64,000 nucleotides of DNA from an uncultured Thermoleophilia bacterium. Its GTDB lineage: Bacteria > Actinomycetota > Thermoleophilia > UBA2241. Location of the stretch: contig CAIYOD010000028.1 in assembly GCA_903927755.1 (NCBI GenBank), positions 20,374 through 84,373 on the forward strand, given 5' to 3'. Shown here piece after piece: positions 47,168-56,603 of the stretch. A program made the position numbers and the translations under genes. The notes beneath the pieces were generated by a model. It saw only the letters and a list, made by a program, of their open reading frames with translations. It was not told the DNA's origin and did no database searches. How positions within the stretch are numbered: the stretch's first letter is position 1; the number at the start of each line of letters is the position of its first letter.

Positions 47168-47373
47168 GACTTGCTCACCTCGATGGCCACGTCGGGGCAC
47201 ATCAGGGCGCAGTGGCGGCAGGCGCTGCACTCCTTGGAGTCGTCGAAGGCGGCGACGAAATAGCCCTTGAGATTCAGGTCGTCGGAGAGACTGATGCAGT
47301 CCTCCGGACAGAAGTCGATGCAGAGAGCACAGCCCTTGCAGCGCTCCCTGTCGATCTGGATGCTCCCTTTCAC
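47164..47373 (-). CDS. 2-oxoacid:ferredoxin oxidoreductase, delta subunit (2x[4Fe-4S] ferredoxin)
   Basis: GTG 47373 follows AAGGA. Two CxxCxxCxxxCP-type motifs: CKGCALCIDFCP and CSACRHCALMCP. Confidence 0.8.
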   Translation of the reverse strand: MKGSIQIDRERCKGCALCIDFCPEDCISLSDDLNLKGYFVAAFDDSKECSACRHCALMCPDVAIEVSKS

Positions 47374-47601
47374 TGCTGCGTCCTTGCTTCTGGCTCCGTC
47401 TGGCTTGCTGGGACGACGGCCGGTGGATCGTCCGCCGGCAGGCCGGGCCGTCAATGATAAGTGCCCGCAGCCGCGAGCACGACCGACGCCCGGCGCCGGG
47501 GCAGAGGGCGGCCGAACTGCTACTGTCTTCCTGCGTAGGGTCGGAGTCGATCACGAGCCTCGACGACCATGAGAAAGCGAGCTGGAGGGAGGTGCGCCGG
47601 C

Positions 47602-48483
47602 ATGGCGCAGAGCGGCGGTCCACAACTGCGGCTCGAGTTCTGGCGTGGGTTCAGGCAGTCCATGACGGAGCAGAGCGCCATCACCTGCGGGCGCGCGTCG
47701 TCCGAGACCTGGATGCACCACGACGCGCGGCTCAACTGCGGCAGGCTCTTCTCGATGATCCGCACGAGGGACGGAGAGATCGGATCGCAGTTCGCCCTGG
47801 ACGACCTCACCGCGCGGACGGTCTTCACTCTCCTCGGCGATCATCGGCAGGAAGTCGACGAGGCGTTCGGGCGGCCGCTCGCCTGGCGCGTGGTGAGCGA
47901 CAGAATGCATGAGATCGACCTGCGCCGGCCGGCCGACCTCGAACGCCGCGACGACTGGCCGGAGCTCTTCGCGTGGCTGGCGGACAACCTCGACGCCTTC
48001 ACCCGCGCGCTCGTCCCCTTCGTCGGTCGTTCGATCCCCACGCCCCACCAGGGCGACTGGGACGAGACGTCGTTCTTTGCCGCACTCGGCGAGCACAACC
48101 CCGGCGCCGCCGGCCCGGCCCGTGAGCTCCTCGAGTGGGGCCGGGCATCGCTGCCCCACCTGCGCTGGGGCCACGGCAAGCAGTCCGGCTCCTTCACACC
48201 CAGCGTCCTCAGGTCCGGCCTCGAGCACAGCGTGCTCAGCGTGTGGACCGACGGCCTCTTCTGCATCCGCTTCGGAGCGCTCGCCAAGACCCCGGCGTTC
48301 GCACCGGAGTCGATGCGCACCGAGCTGCTGGATCGACTCAACGAAGTCCCGCGCTTCGCCCTTCCGGCAGGAGTCCTCGACAAGTACCCCGGCCTGCCCC
48401 TGGGTCTCCTGGGCGACCCGGCGACCATGCGGGCGTTCCTCACCGCCCTGGACTGGTGCGTCGCGGTGATGAAGCAGCGCTGA
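47602..48483 (+). CDS. DUF4268-like protein with extra C-terminal domain
   Basis: ORF trimmed to ATG 47602. The N-terminal half (LRLEFWRGFRQSM...W...FALDDLTARTVFTLLGDHRQEVDEAFGRPLAWR...) fits my recollection of DUF4268. The C-terminal half was not recognised. Confidence 0.5.
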   Translation: MAQSGGPQLRLEFWRGFRQSMTEQSAITCGRASSETWMHHDARLNCGRLFSMIRTRDGEIGSQFALDDLTARTVFTLLGDHRQEVDEAFGRPLAWRVVSDRMHEIDLRRPADLERRDDWPELFAWLADNLDAFTRALVPFVGRSIPTPHQGDWDETSFFAALGEHNPGAAGPARELLEWGRASLPHLRWGHGKQSGSFTPSVLRSGLEHSVLSVWTDGLFCIRFGALAKTPAFAPESMRTELLDRLNEVPRFALPAGVLDKYPGLPLGLLGDPATMRAFLTALDWCVAVMKQR

Positions 48484-48548
48484 CCCCGGCGTCGCCGCAC
48501 GCGCGGGGCCGCGAGACGCGCCGCCCGGCTCAGCTGTGCCGTCGATAC

Positions 48549-48576
48549 TTGCGTCCTGAGCGGTTTTCTGCATAGT
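48549..48576 (+). promoter_or_regulatory. Candidate sigma-70-type promoter of the methyltransferase cluster
   Basis: TTGCGT (48549..48554), a 16-nt spacer, then CATAGT (48571..48576). It lies about 35 nt upstream of ATG 48612, which has a GGAGGTGG Shine-Dalgarno. Confidence 0.35.
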
Positions 48577-48611
48577 CGCCGCGCGACTCGTACAGCGACC
48601 GGAGGTGGACC

Positions 48612-50087
48612 ATGCGCGAAGCCGCGACGACCAACGACACCAGCCGAGCACCCGAGCAGAGCATCGGGAGCTACTTCACGCGGCTCACCGACGCGCAGTG
48701 CGAGCGGCTGCACGAGGCCACCCTGCAGGTCCTGGAGAGGACCGGGCTCATCATCGACGACCCGGAGGCTCTGGCGCTCCTCGCCGCCGCCGGCGCCGAC
48801 GTGGACGGCACGCGCGTGCGCATCGGCCCGAAGCTGGTGGAGCGCGCCCTCGCGTCCGCGCCGCGTGAGGTGACCCTCTACGACAGGAACGGCGAGCCGC
48901 GCCTCGTGCTCGCCGGCCGCCGGACCTACTACGGCACCGGCAGCGACTGCATGTACTGCTTCGACCACCGCACCGGCGAGCGGCGCCGCGCCGTGCTGCA
49001 GGACGTCGTCGAGGCGACCACCGTGACGGACGCCTGCGGGAACATCGATTTCGTGATGTCGCTGTTCACGCCGAGCGACGTGGACGCGCGCGTCGCCGAC
49101 CGCTACCAGATGGCGACGATGCTCGGCAACACCACCAAGCCCATCGTGTACATCACCATGGGCGACGAGACCGCCAATGCCGACGCCGTCGCCATGGCGG
49201 AGGCGGCGGTCGGCGGCGAGCGGCAGCTGCGCGAGCGGCCTTTCGTGGCCTGCTACAAGAACACACTGTTCCCGCTGGTGCACAACCGCGAGGCGGTGCG
49301 CACGCTGCTCGACCTCGCCGGCAAGGGGCTGCCCTGCATCTTCAGCCCCGTCTCCACGGCCGGCACCGTCGCCCCGATGACCGTCGCCGGCTCTACGGTG
49401 GTCGTCAACGCCGGGGTGCTGGCGGGCCTCGTCATGGCGCAGCTCAAACGCGAGGGCGCTCCGTACATCGCCATCGGCTGGGCCGGCGAGGCCATGGACA
49501 TGCGCACCATGGTCGACGTCTTCGCGTGGCCGGACCACCGCGGCGTCTACTCGTCGCTGCTGCACTGGTACGGGCTGCCGCTGTGGACGCTCGGCGGCGT
49601 GACCGACTCCAAGCTGCCCGACCAGCAGGCGGCGGCCGAGACGGCCCTCACCCTGATGGCCGACGCGGTCATCGGCGGGCACATCAACCACAACATCGGC
49701 TTCATCGAGTCGGCGTTCACCGGCTCGCTGACGCAGGTGGTGCTCGGCGACGACATCGCGGGCTGGATCAAGGCGTTCGTCGCGCCGGTGGACCTGAGCG
49801 ACGAGGCGCTGGGGCTCGACGTGATCGACGAGGTCGGGCCCGGCGGGCTGTTCCTGAAGCACAAGCACACGCGCCGGCACGCGCGCGACCGCTTCCAGCC
49901 CGCGGTCTTCGACCGCAGCACCTTCGAGGACTGGGGCAGGCGCGGCGGCAAGGACGCCACTGAGGTGGCCGCCGAACGCGTGGACGAGCTGCTGGCGACC
50001 CACCGGCCGGAGCCGCTGCCGGCGAGTGCCCAGACAGCGGTCGACGACATCGTGGCGCGCGCCCTGGACCGCGCTCGCCGCGCGTGA
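48612..50087 (+). CDS. MttB-superfamily methyltransferase, non-pyrrolysine member (quaternary amine/other substrate)
   Basis: 491 aa, uninterrupted and colinear with the mttB at 51508..52992 (LHEATLQVLERTG..., ...LGGVTDSKLPDQQAAAETALTLM...). It has Val where the paralogue has TAG. Confidence 0.9.
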   Translation: MREAATTNDTSRAPEQSIGSYFTRLTDAQCERLHEATLQVLERTGLIIDDPEALALLAAAGADVDGTRVRIGPKLVERALASAPREVTLYDRNGEPRLVLAGRRTYYGTGSDCMYCFDHRTGERRRAVLQDVVEATTVTDACGNIDFVMSLFTPSDVDARVADRYQMATMLGNTTKPIVYITMGDETANADAVAMAEAAVGGERQLRERPFVACYKNTLFPLVHNREAVRTLLDLAGKGLPCIFSPVSTAGTVAPMTVAGSTVVVNAGVLAGLVMAQLKREGAPYIAIGWAGEAMDMRTMVDVFAWPDHRGVYSSLLHWYGLPLWTLGGVTDSKLPDQQAAAETALTLMADAVIGGHINHNIGFIESAFTGSLTQVVLGDDIAGWIKAFVAPVDLSDEALGLDVIDEVGPGGLFLKHKHTRRHARDRFQPAVFDRSTFEDWGRRGGKDATEVAAERVDELLATHRPEPLPASAQTAVDDIVARALDRARRA

Positions 50088-50101
50088 GAGGAGGAGGCGA
50101 C

Positions 50102-51496
50102 ATGACGACGGAAGAGCGGATCCCGACGCGGCTCGGAGACGGCTCCCTCCTCACCCTGACCCGGAGTCAGATGCAGGCGGACATCGAAGCCGGCGTCGAG
50201 GCGGCCGTGAAACGCGCCCACGTCCCGCCGCTGACGGCCGCGGAGGCGGACCACCTGCTCGACATCTGCGCCTCCCGCGCCAGGTTCAGCAGCGTCGACC
50301 TGGGGACGGAGGTTGTCCTCAGCATCGACGGCACCGGTGGCCAGCTCGTCGCCGGCCGCCAGGGCGACCTGCTGACGTTCGAGCAGTACCTGGGGGCCGA
50401 CATCGTCGAGCTCTACCACATGGACTACTCGTTCAAGGCAGTGAAGACGGTGCTGCCGTTCGAGCGTCAGAGTCTCAAGAACGCGCAGCAGGCGCTCACC
50501 GTGCCGGTGCAGTACGGCGCCATGCCGGACCTGGGGCGCTACTCCCGGCCGGACGGTCCTATCGCGAACTGGTCGGAACTGCTGCCTCTGGGGCGCATCG
50601 CCGAGGCGCGCGCGGCGCAGGAGGAGGCGGCGGAGATGGCCGCGCACGACATCACCTTCGTGGCCGAGGGCGTGTGGGAGGCGGGGGCCGACGGCATCGA
50701 CCTGGACACGTCGGGCGCGGCCGGCGACGCAGACCTGCTGGCCGCGCTCACGGCGACCCGGGAGATCCGCGGTCGCTGCCCCGACATGGGGATCGAGATG
50801 GGCATGGCGAGCGAGATGGTCCTCGGGATGCACGGCGAGCTGGAGTGGCAGGGCGCCCGGCTTGCCGGCCTCTGGCCGCACCAGCAGGTGAAGCTGGCCG
50901 CCGCGGCGGGCGCCACGGTGTTCGGGCCCGCCGTCAATGTGAACTCGACGAAGTCGCTGCCCTGGAACCTGGCGCGCACGCTGACGCTGTGCAAGCCGTG
51001 CTGCGAGGAGTCGCAGATCCCCGTGCACATGAACGTCGGGATGGGCGTGGGCGGCGTGCCGATGGCCGTCCGGGCGCCGGTCGACGCGGTCTCCCGCGCC
51101 GCGCGCGCCTGCGTCGACATCCTGAAGGTGGACGGGTTGTAGGTGGGCGCCGGCGATCCGCTCGGGATGAGCGCGACGCACGCCAACGCCGCGGGCATGG
51201 GCGGGATGCGAGCCGCCGGAGATCTGGTGGCTCGCCTGCAGATGACCCGGGGCATGAGGCTCCCCGAAGCGAAGCGCTACGTGGCCGACAAGCTGGGCGT
51301 CGGTCCGTCGGACCTCTCGGACGCTCCGACGATGCACGAGGTGAGGGGCGAGCTGGGGCTCGGGCGGATCTGCTACGGGGGCGCTGCCCTCTACCCCGAC
51401 CAGCCGAGCGCGATGGAGGCCAAGTTCCGCATCGCCGAGGTGCTCGGCATCCCCGTGAACTGCGTCGAGCGGTTCCGCACGCACGCGAGGATCTGA
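50102..51496 (+). CDS. mtbB: Dimethylamine:corrinoid methyltransferase MtbB with in-frame TAG (51140..51142) at the pyrrolysine position
   Basis: ORFs 50084..51142 and 51143..51496 are in the same frame, separated only by TAG. ATG 50102 follows GAGGAGGAGG. The joined 464-codon product is colinear with archaeal MtbB. ...MGMGVGGVPM...[46 protein letters not shown] matches the recalled Methanosarcina MtbB1 motif VDGI-Pyl-IGVGDPLGM...[12 protein letters not shown]. Confidence 0.9.
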
Positions 51497-51507
51497 GGGG
51501 AGCAGGG

Positions 51508-52992
51508 ATGGACGACGTACGTGACCAGCGCCTGGCCGGCGTCCCTCAGGTCCGCCTCGGCGTGCTGAGTGAGCGGGACCTGGACGACCTCCACGAGGCG
51601 ACCCTGCGGGTGCTGGAGCAGACCGGGGTCTGGGTCGAGGACGCCGAGGCCCTCGACGTGTACGCCGACGCCGGGTGCGCGGTGGACCGGGACGCGCGGT
51701 CCGTCCGCATCCCGCCAGGCGTCGTGGATGCGGCGATCGCCTCGGCCCCGGCGGAGTGGGTCCAGTGCGGCCGCGACCCCGCTCGCGACGTGCTCCTCGG
51801 CGGCGACCGGGTGACCTTCACCAACTTCTGCGAGGGCCTCTTCATGATCGACGCTCGCAGCGGCGCGCGCCGGCCGGCGACCACGCAGGACGTGGAGGAC
51901 ACGGCGCGCCTCTCCGACCGCCTCGGGATGATCGACTCCTACATGGTCGCCGTCACCGCGTCGGACGCGCCCACGGCCACCGCCTCCCTGCACGGACTGC
52001 GCGCGGCCTTCCGCGGCACGAGCAAGCACATCGTCGCCGGCGCGGCCAACGCGTTCGAGAGCGAGGCGAGCATCGACATGGCCGCGGCCATCGTCGGCGG
52101 GCGAGACCGTCTACGCGAGCGCCCGATCATCGAGTTCGGCGGCTGCCCCGTCAGCCCGCTGCGGCTGCCCCGCGAGCTGACCGAGGTGGCCATCACGGCG
52201 GCGCGCAACGGCATCCCGTTCGGCGCCTGCTCCATGGTCATGGCGGGCGCGTCGGCCCCGGTCACCCTGGCCGGCGCGCTGGTCACCCACAACGTGGAGG
52301 TCCTGGCGACCCTCGTCCTCGTCCAGTCGGTGGAACGAGGGTCGCCGTTCCGCGCCTCGAGCTCGAGCACCGGCATGGACCTGCGGGTCGGTACGTGCCC
52401 CGTCGGGTCGCCCGAGTGCGCCATGCTCAACGTCGGCGTCGCGCAGCTGGCGCGGCGGTACAACCTGCCCAGCCTCGTCGCCGGGTTGTAGGCGGACTCC
52501 AAGACGTGTGACGCCCAGGCCGGTCACGAGAAGACGCTCACCGGAGTGATGACTGCGTTGGCAGGCGCCAACCAGATCTACGGAGCGGGCATGGTCGAGT
52601 CGGGCGTCACGTTCGATCTGGGTCAGCTGGTCGTGGACGACGAGATCGCGCGCATGATCCGCCACATCCTGGAGGGGATCCCCGTCAACGAGGATACGCT
52701 GCTGCTCGGGGACATCCAGGACGTCGGCTGGTCCGGGGAGTTCATGTCCCGCAAGAGCACGCTGCACGGCATGCGAGCCATGTCGGCCCCGCGGATCTTC
52801 GACCGCGGGGTGTACGAGGTGTGGGACGCCGCGGGGAGAGTGGACCTGGCGCGGCGCGCGCGAGACAAAGCGTTGGCGCTGCTCGACGAGGACGGCGGCT
52901 GCGACCTGCCGCCCGACGTCTCCGCCGAGCTCGACGCCATCGTCGCGCGCGCGGACCGCGCCGTCACACCGCCGGCTGCACCAGATGGATGA
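51508..52992 (+). CDS. mttB: Trimethylamine:corrinoid methyltransferase MttB with in-frame TAG (52489..52491) at the pyrrolysine position
   Basis: ATG 51508 follows GAGGGGAG. The frame of the tail of ORF 50026..52491 continues after TAG into ORF 52546..52992. The junction reads ...[49 protein letters not shown], total 494 codons. This matches the G-L-Pyl-x-D-S-K context recalled for Pyl-type MttB. Confidence 0.9.
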
Positions 52993-53276
52993 GGTTGCCG
53001 CAGTGATCGGGAAGGCGCTGAGGCTGCGGCGCTTCCACGTGGTCTGACGAGTCTGCCCCAGATATGACGGCGCCGGCGGGCGCCAGACCCACCTTCTTCC
53101 GGCCCCAGTTCAGCCACCGCGTCATGACGCCTCCCCCCTCAGCAGTGTCTCACCGCGTCAGGGAGACCCGGACGCGGTGAGCTGATCGGTCGTCGCGGTC
53201 TGGCGGGCAGCATCAGGGATCCGGAGAAGCTTGTCGCAGGCAGCCCACGAAGGGAAAGCCCTGTGCGCCCTCATGA

Positions 53277-54350
53277 CTACTTCGCCTCCTCGATCCAGCC
53301 CGACCAGACGAACGTGTCGCCGGGCCGGAGGCTCTTCCGCTCCGGGAAGTACCAGAAGCCGTGGTAGGTGAGGCCGGCGTAGGCGCCGGAGCCTGTGGAC
53401 TTCCAGTACTGGAAATGCTCGTAGTCCGGCCTCGGACCGCGCACCATCGGGTCGGTGGACCATGGGCTGTTCCACCCGCCGTCCTCATTGCTGATCGTGG
53501 ATTCGACGCGGTAATCGAGACTTCCGTCCGGCCGCGTCCCGGCGATCCCCTCGATGTCGCCCTCCAGCCGGCCGGTCACGCGCGGGTCCGACTGCTCGAC
53601 ATCCCAGACCCAGGGGCCGGGGCCTTCGTACGCGGTCTTCCTGGTCGTCGCGATGCCGACGACCGGCGTCCAGTTCGCGGGCGTCGTCCCCGGCCCGGGA
53701 GCCGGCGGCACCGGGCTGCCGTCGGTCGTCTCGATCCATGCCGCTTCGACGATACGGAGGTCGGCGGTGAAGCCCTCGCCGGACTCCGCGACCCAGGCGC
53801 TCACGTGAGCGACGAGGCCGGCGTAGCCGCCGGTCCCCTTGAGGGTGCCATAGAAGTGATGCACGTCGCCGCCGGCGGCGATGCCGCCCGTCCAGCGCTT
53901 CACCCAGGTCCCACCGGCGTTGCGCAGCCGGCTCGTGCCCCACATGGTCGCACTCATGTCGCTCTGGCGCTGATCGACGTTGATGACGACCACTTCCGTG
54001 CCGGCCAGGCGCGGGTCGGAGCTGGCCCGCCGGAACGTCCAGACGGCGTGGCGGCCCTGCACCACATCCCCGACCGTCTTCGTGCTTGCGTAAGGGCGCT
54101 CCTTGACCAGCGAGCTCGTGGAGACACACGGGAGCATCCCGCGGAACTCCCGGACCGTCACCGGCGACGCGTAGGCAGCAGGCGAGCCCGAAGGAATGCC
54201 CGATGCCGCCGCCTCCGGCGGCGAGCCACTCGTGGTCGAGCTGCCGCAGGCGGCCACGACTGCGCTGTCGGCCAGGAGAAGCATCATGGTGACGATGAAG
54301 GCGGTCAGCCTCGTGCGGAGTCGCGATGGATGTCGTTTCTCGACGTTCAT
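53277..54350 (-). CDS. Lipoprotein, unknown function
   Basis: Signal peptide with lipobox (LLLADSAVVAA-C), then a 330-aa Trp/Gly-rich soluble domain. It lies downstream of the ECF sigma/anti-sigma pair. Ends TAG-TCA-TGA. Confidence 0.65.
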   Translation of the reverse strand: MNVEKRHPSRLRTRLTAFIVTMMLLLADSAVVAACGSSTTSGSPPEAAASGIPSGSPAAYASPVTVREFRGMLPCVSTSSLVKERPYASTKTVGDVVQGRHAVWTFRRASSDPRLAGTEVVVINVDQRQSDMSATMWGTSRLRNAGGTWVKRWTGGIAAGGDVHHFYGTLKGTGGYAGLVAHVSAWVAESGEGFTADLRIVEAAWIETTDGSPVPPAPGPGTTPANWTPVVGIATTRKTAYEGPGPWVWDVEQSDPRVTGRLEGDIEGIAGTRPDGSLDYRVESTISNEDGGWNSPWSTDPMVRGPRPDYEHFQYWKSTGSGAYAGLTYHGFWYFPERKSLRPGDTFVWSGWIEEAK

Positions 54351-54467
54351 GTCCCCTCCTCGGTCTCGTCTGGAGTTCGCGCTCTCCAGTCAGACAGACC
54401 GGGGGAAGGAGTCGATTCTTCGAGGGTGCCGTTGCGGGAGGACGACCCGCCGGGAGCGGGAGCGGCG

Positions 54468-55883
54468 TCACTCCTGGGGCGGCGGCGGATACGGCTGCAG
54501 GGAGTCAGCCATCTGAAGGAGCTCCCGGCCGTCGGCCCCGCCGACGATCGTCAGCAGGATCCCGTCCTTGACGGCCCAGAGATGCGGCGCGGAGGACGTG
54601 CTCGCCAGCACGATGTTCGCCGTCGCACCCTCGAAGGCCCCGTGGGTGATCGGGGCCTCGGTCCGCACGAGATCGGTCCAGTCGGGATCGCCGGAGTCGA
54701 CGGGATCCACTGTCTGCGAGTAGAACGGGTCGGCGATCCGGCGCGTCGACACCGTGAGCGCGTCGAAGCCGCGCGCGTACAGCAGCTCGACGACGTGCCT
54801 GGCCTTGACCCGACGGTTCGTGGTCTGCGCCCGGTCGGCAAGGGCCACGGCCATCAGCTTGTAGCCGCTGGGGGAGAAGCGGGGCACGAGCGGCGCTGAG
54901 GTGCCGAAGACCCCCACGTCCCCCAGCTTGACGCGCCTGAAGCCCCGGTCGGTGTGGCTGACCTTCAGTCCCGGCGTCGGATGCAGGGTGAACGTCCCCG
55001 CGGGCAACTGTTGGTCGACCTGCACGTCACTGATGCGCAGCTCGGCCGTAAGAACACCTGCCTGCAGCTCCTGGAAGCGGACCGGCAGCCAGGTCTGCGC
55101 GTCCACCGTGACCTTGTAGACGGGCCAGTCGATATCCCGGCCGGAGCCGGACGGGAACACCGCCGGGGTGCCCTTGGTGCATGTCACCGTCCAGGCCTGC
55201 CTGCCGTCGATCTCCGTCTTCTCCAGCTTCACCGCCCCCACGGCCTGCAGCGTCCGCAGGGAGGCGCCGAGGTCGACGCCGGTGAGCGGACTGGCCCAGC
55301 GGTCGGGTGGCCCGAGCGGGGCGTCGCGGACCACCGAAAGCCCCCGCCCCGGCTTGAGATGACGGAGGATCCCGGTCGAGGCGTCGTAGGCGACGACGTC
55401 GGTCGCGCGCCGGCTCGTGCCTCCGCCCGACCCCAGACGGCGAGTCGGGCCGAGCTGCGTCAGCAGGTAGCTCCCGTCGGTACTCTGCACGATGTGGTAC
55501 CGCCAGAGGTCGTAGTGGTGCCCCGAAAGCGACCTGTTCCAGTCGGCAGCCTTCATCATGACATCCGCCTGCCAAGTACGACCCGACGAGACGGCGCTGA
55601 GGGCCCGCTCGAGCACGGCGGCCGCGCTGACGGCTTCGGGACCGGGAGTCCGCGGCAGACCGATGAGGACGGCCGCCGCGACGGCGGCGACAACGGTCAC
55701 GGCGGCGATCGCGACGCGCAGTCTCCGCGTGCCGAGGGCGGCGCGAACGCGGCCGGGCTGCCGGCGCCCGGCGGCCTCCTCGGCGACGTGCGCGCGCATC
55801 CGATCCCAGTAGTCCGGCCCGTGGTCGGGCTCGACCAGGATCTCCAGCTGCTCCCCCAGCTCCGAGTCGCGGAACTCGTTCAT
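54468..55883 (-). CDS. Anti-sigma-factor-like membrane protein with large extracytoplasmic domain
   Basis: 4-nt overlap with the ECF sigma gene. It has a short cytoplasmic N-terminus, a single TM helix (VAIAAVTVVAAVAAAVLIGL) and an external domain of about 390 aa. Confidence 0.6.
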   Translation of the reverse strand: MNEFRDSELGEQLEILVEPDHGPDYWDRMRAHVAEEAAGRRQPGRVRAALGTRRLRVAIAAVTVVAAVAAAVLIGLPRTPGPEAVSAAAVLERALSAVSSGRTWQADVMMKAADWNRSLSGHHYDLWRYHIVQSTDGSYLLTQLGPTRRLGSGGGTSRRATDVVAYDASTGILRHLKPGRGLSVVRDAPLGPPDRWASPLTGVDLGASLRTLQAVGAVKLEKTEIDGRQAWTVTCTKGTPAVFPSGSGRDIDWPVYKVTVDAQTWLPVRFQELQAGVLTAELRISDVQVDQQLPAGTFTLHPTPGLKVSHTDRGFRRVKLGDVGVFGTSAPLVPRFSPSGYKLMAVALADRAQTTNRRVKARHVVELLYARGFDALTVSTRRIADPFYSQTVDPVDSGDPDWTDLVRTEAPITHGAFEGATANIVLASTSSAPHLWAVKDGILLTIVGGADGRELLQMADSLQPYPPPPQE

Positions 55884-56578
55884 CGCTGCACCTCGGAGCC
55901 CAGTGACGCACTGAGACGGCCGCGCAGCTTCGCCCTCGCCGCAGAGAGGCGCGAGGCCAGCGTCCCGGGCGGTACGTGGAGGATCTCGGCGGTCGTCGCG
56001 TAGTCGTATCCCTCCCGGTCGACGAGCAACACGGCGAGGCGCTGCTCGGGCGGCAAGGAGGCGAACGCGTCAGCCAGGGCAGCGCGGATCGAGAGGGTCT
56101 CTGCCGGGTCAGGCTGACCGTCGCATGGCTCCGGCAATTCGTCGGGTGGGAGGGGGTAGAGGCGATCGGCGCGAGCGATCATGTCGCAAGAGACCCTGTA
56201 GGTGATGCGGCACAGCCACGTGCCGAGGGAAGAATCGCCGCGAAAGCCGGAGAGGGAACGATAGGCTCTCAGGGTGACCTCCTGGAGCACGTCGTCCATC
56301 AGTTGCCTGGTGCCGACGACATGGTACGCCACGATCCTGAGCCTGCGGTCGTAGTGCCGCATGACGGCGACGAACGCCTCGTCGTCGCCACGCACGGCCG
56401 CGGCGAGGACGTCGGGCTCGATCTCCTCGGTCCTCTGGACGCAGGCAGACAGGACCGTCCCTCCCTCCGGACGCCTGACCCGCTTGCCTGTCAGGCTAGC
56501 AGGAACGTCCCGGAGCCGGAGCGTTGACCTGTGCCTGACAGCGGTCTTGCCGGCGACCGCGAACGCCGTCTCGTGCAT
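55880..56578 (-). CDS. ECF (group 4) sigma-70 factor
   Basis: Region 2 (DDVLQEVTLRAYRSLSGFRGDSSLGTWLCRITYRV) and region 4 (LPPEQRLAVLLVDREGYDYATTAEILHVPPGTLASRLSAARAKL). ATG 56578 is preceded by GAAGGGAAGAGG. The listed ORF extends to 56665. Confidence 0.85.
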   Translation of the reverse strand: MHETAFAVAGKTAVRHRSTLRLRDVPASLTGKRVRRPEGGTVLSACVQRTEEIEPDVLAAAVRGDDEAFVAVMRHYDRRLRIVAYHVVGTRQLMDDVLQEVTLRAYRSLSGFRGDSSLGTWLCRITYRVSCDMIARADRLYPLPPDELPEPCDGQPDPAETLSIRAALADAFASLPPEQRLAVLLVDREGYDYATTAEILHVPPGTLASRLSAARAKLRGRLSASLGSEVQR

Positions 56579-56603
56579 AGCGCCGCCTCTTCCCTTCAGG
56601 CGG

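Noticed and set aside
47841-51484. 720-aa and 645-aa minus-strand ORFs (47841..50003, 49547..51484) and the N-terminal 494 codons of + ORF 50026..52491
   Set aside because: They are antisense or out of frame relative to the clearly recognisable MttB-like and MtbB genes, with low-complexity Arg/Gly/Ala composition. Only the last third of 50026..52491 (from ATG 51508) is real mttB coding sequence.
52964-53125. 53-codon minus-strand ORF with a GGGGGGAGG ribosome-binding site, ending ...PDHCGNLIHLVQPAV (VOC/glyoxalase C-terminus-like)
   Set aside because: It is too short for a VOC domain and overlaps the 3' end of mttB. It is probably a remnant of a VOC gene, and there is not enough support to call it a feature.
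56450-56452. CTG start for the ECF sigma factor after GGAGGGAGGG
   Set aside because: An upstream ATG (56578) has its own GAAGGGAAGAGG ribosome-binding site and a plausible ECF-type promoter. The intervening codons keep high GC3, so the canonical start is preferred.
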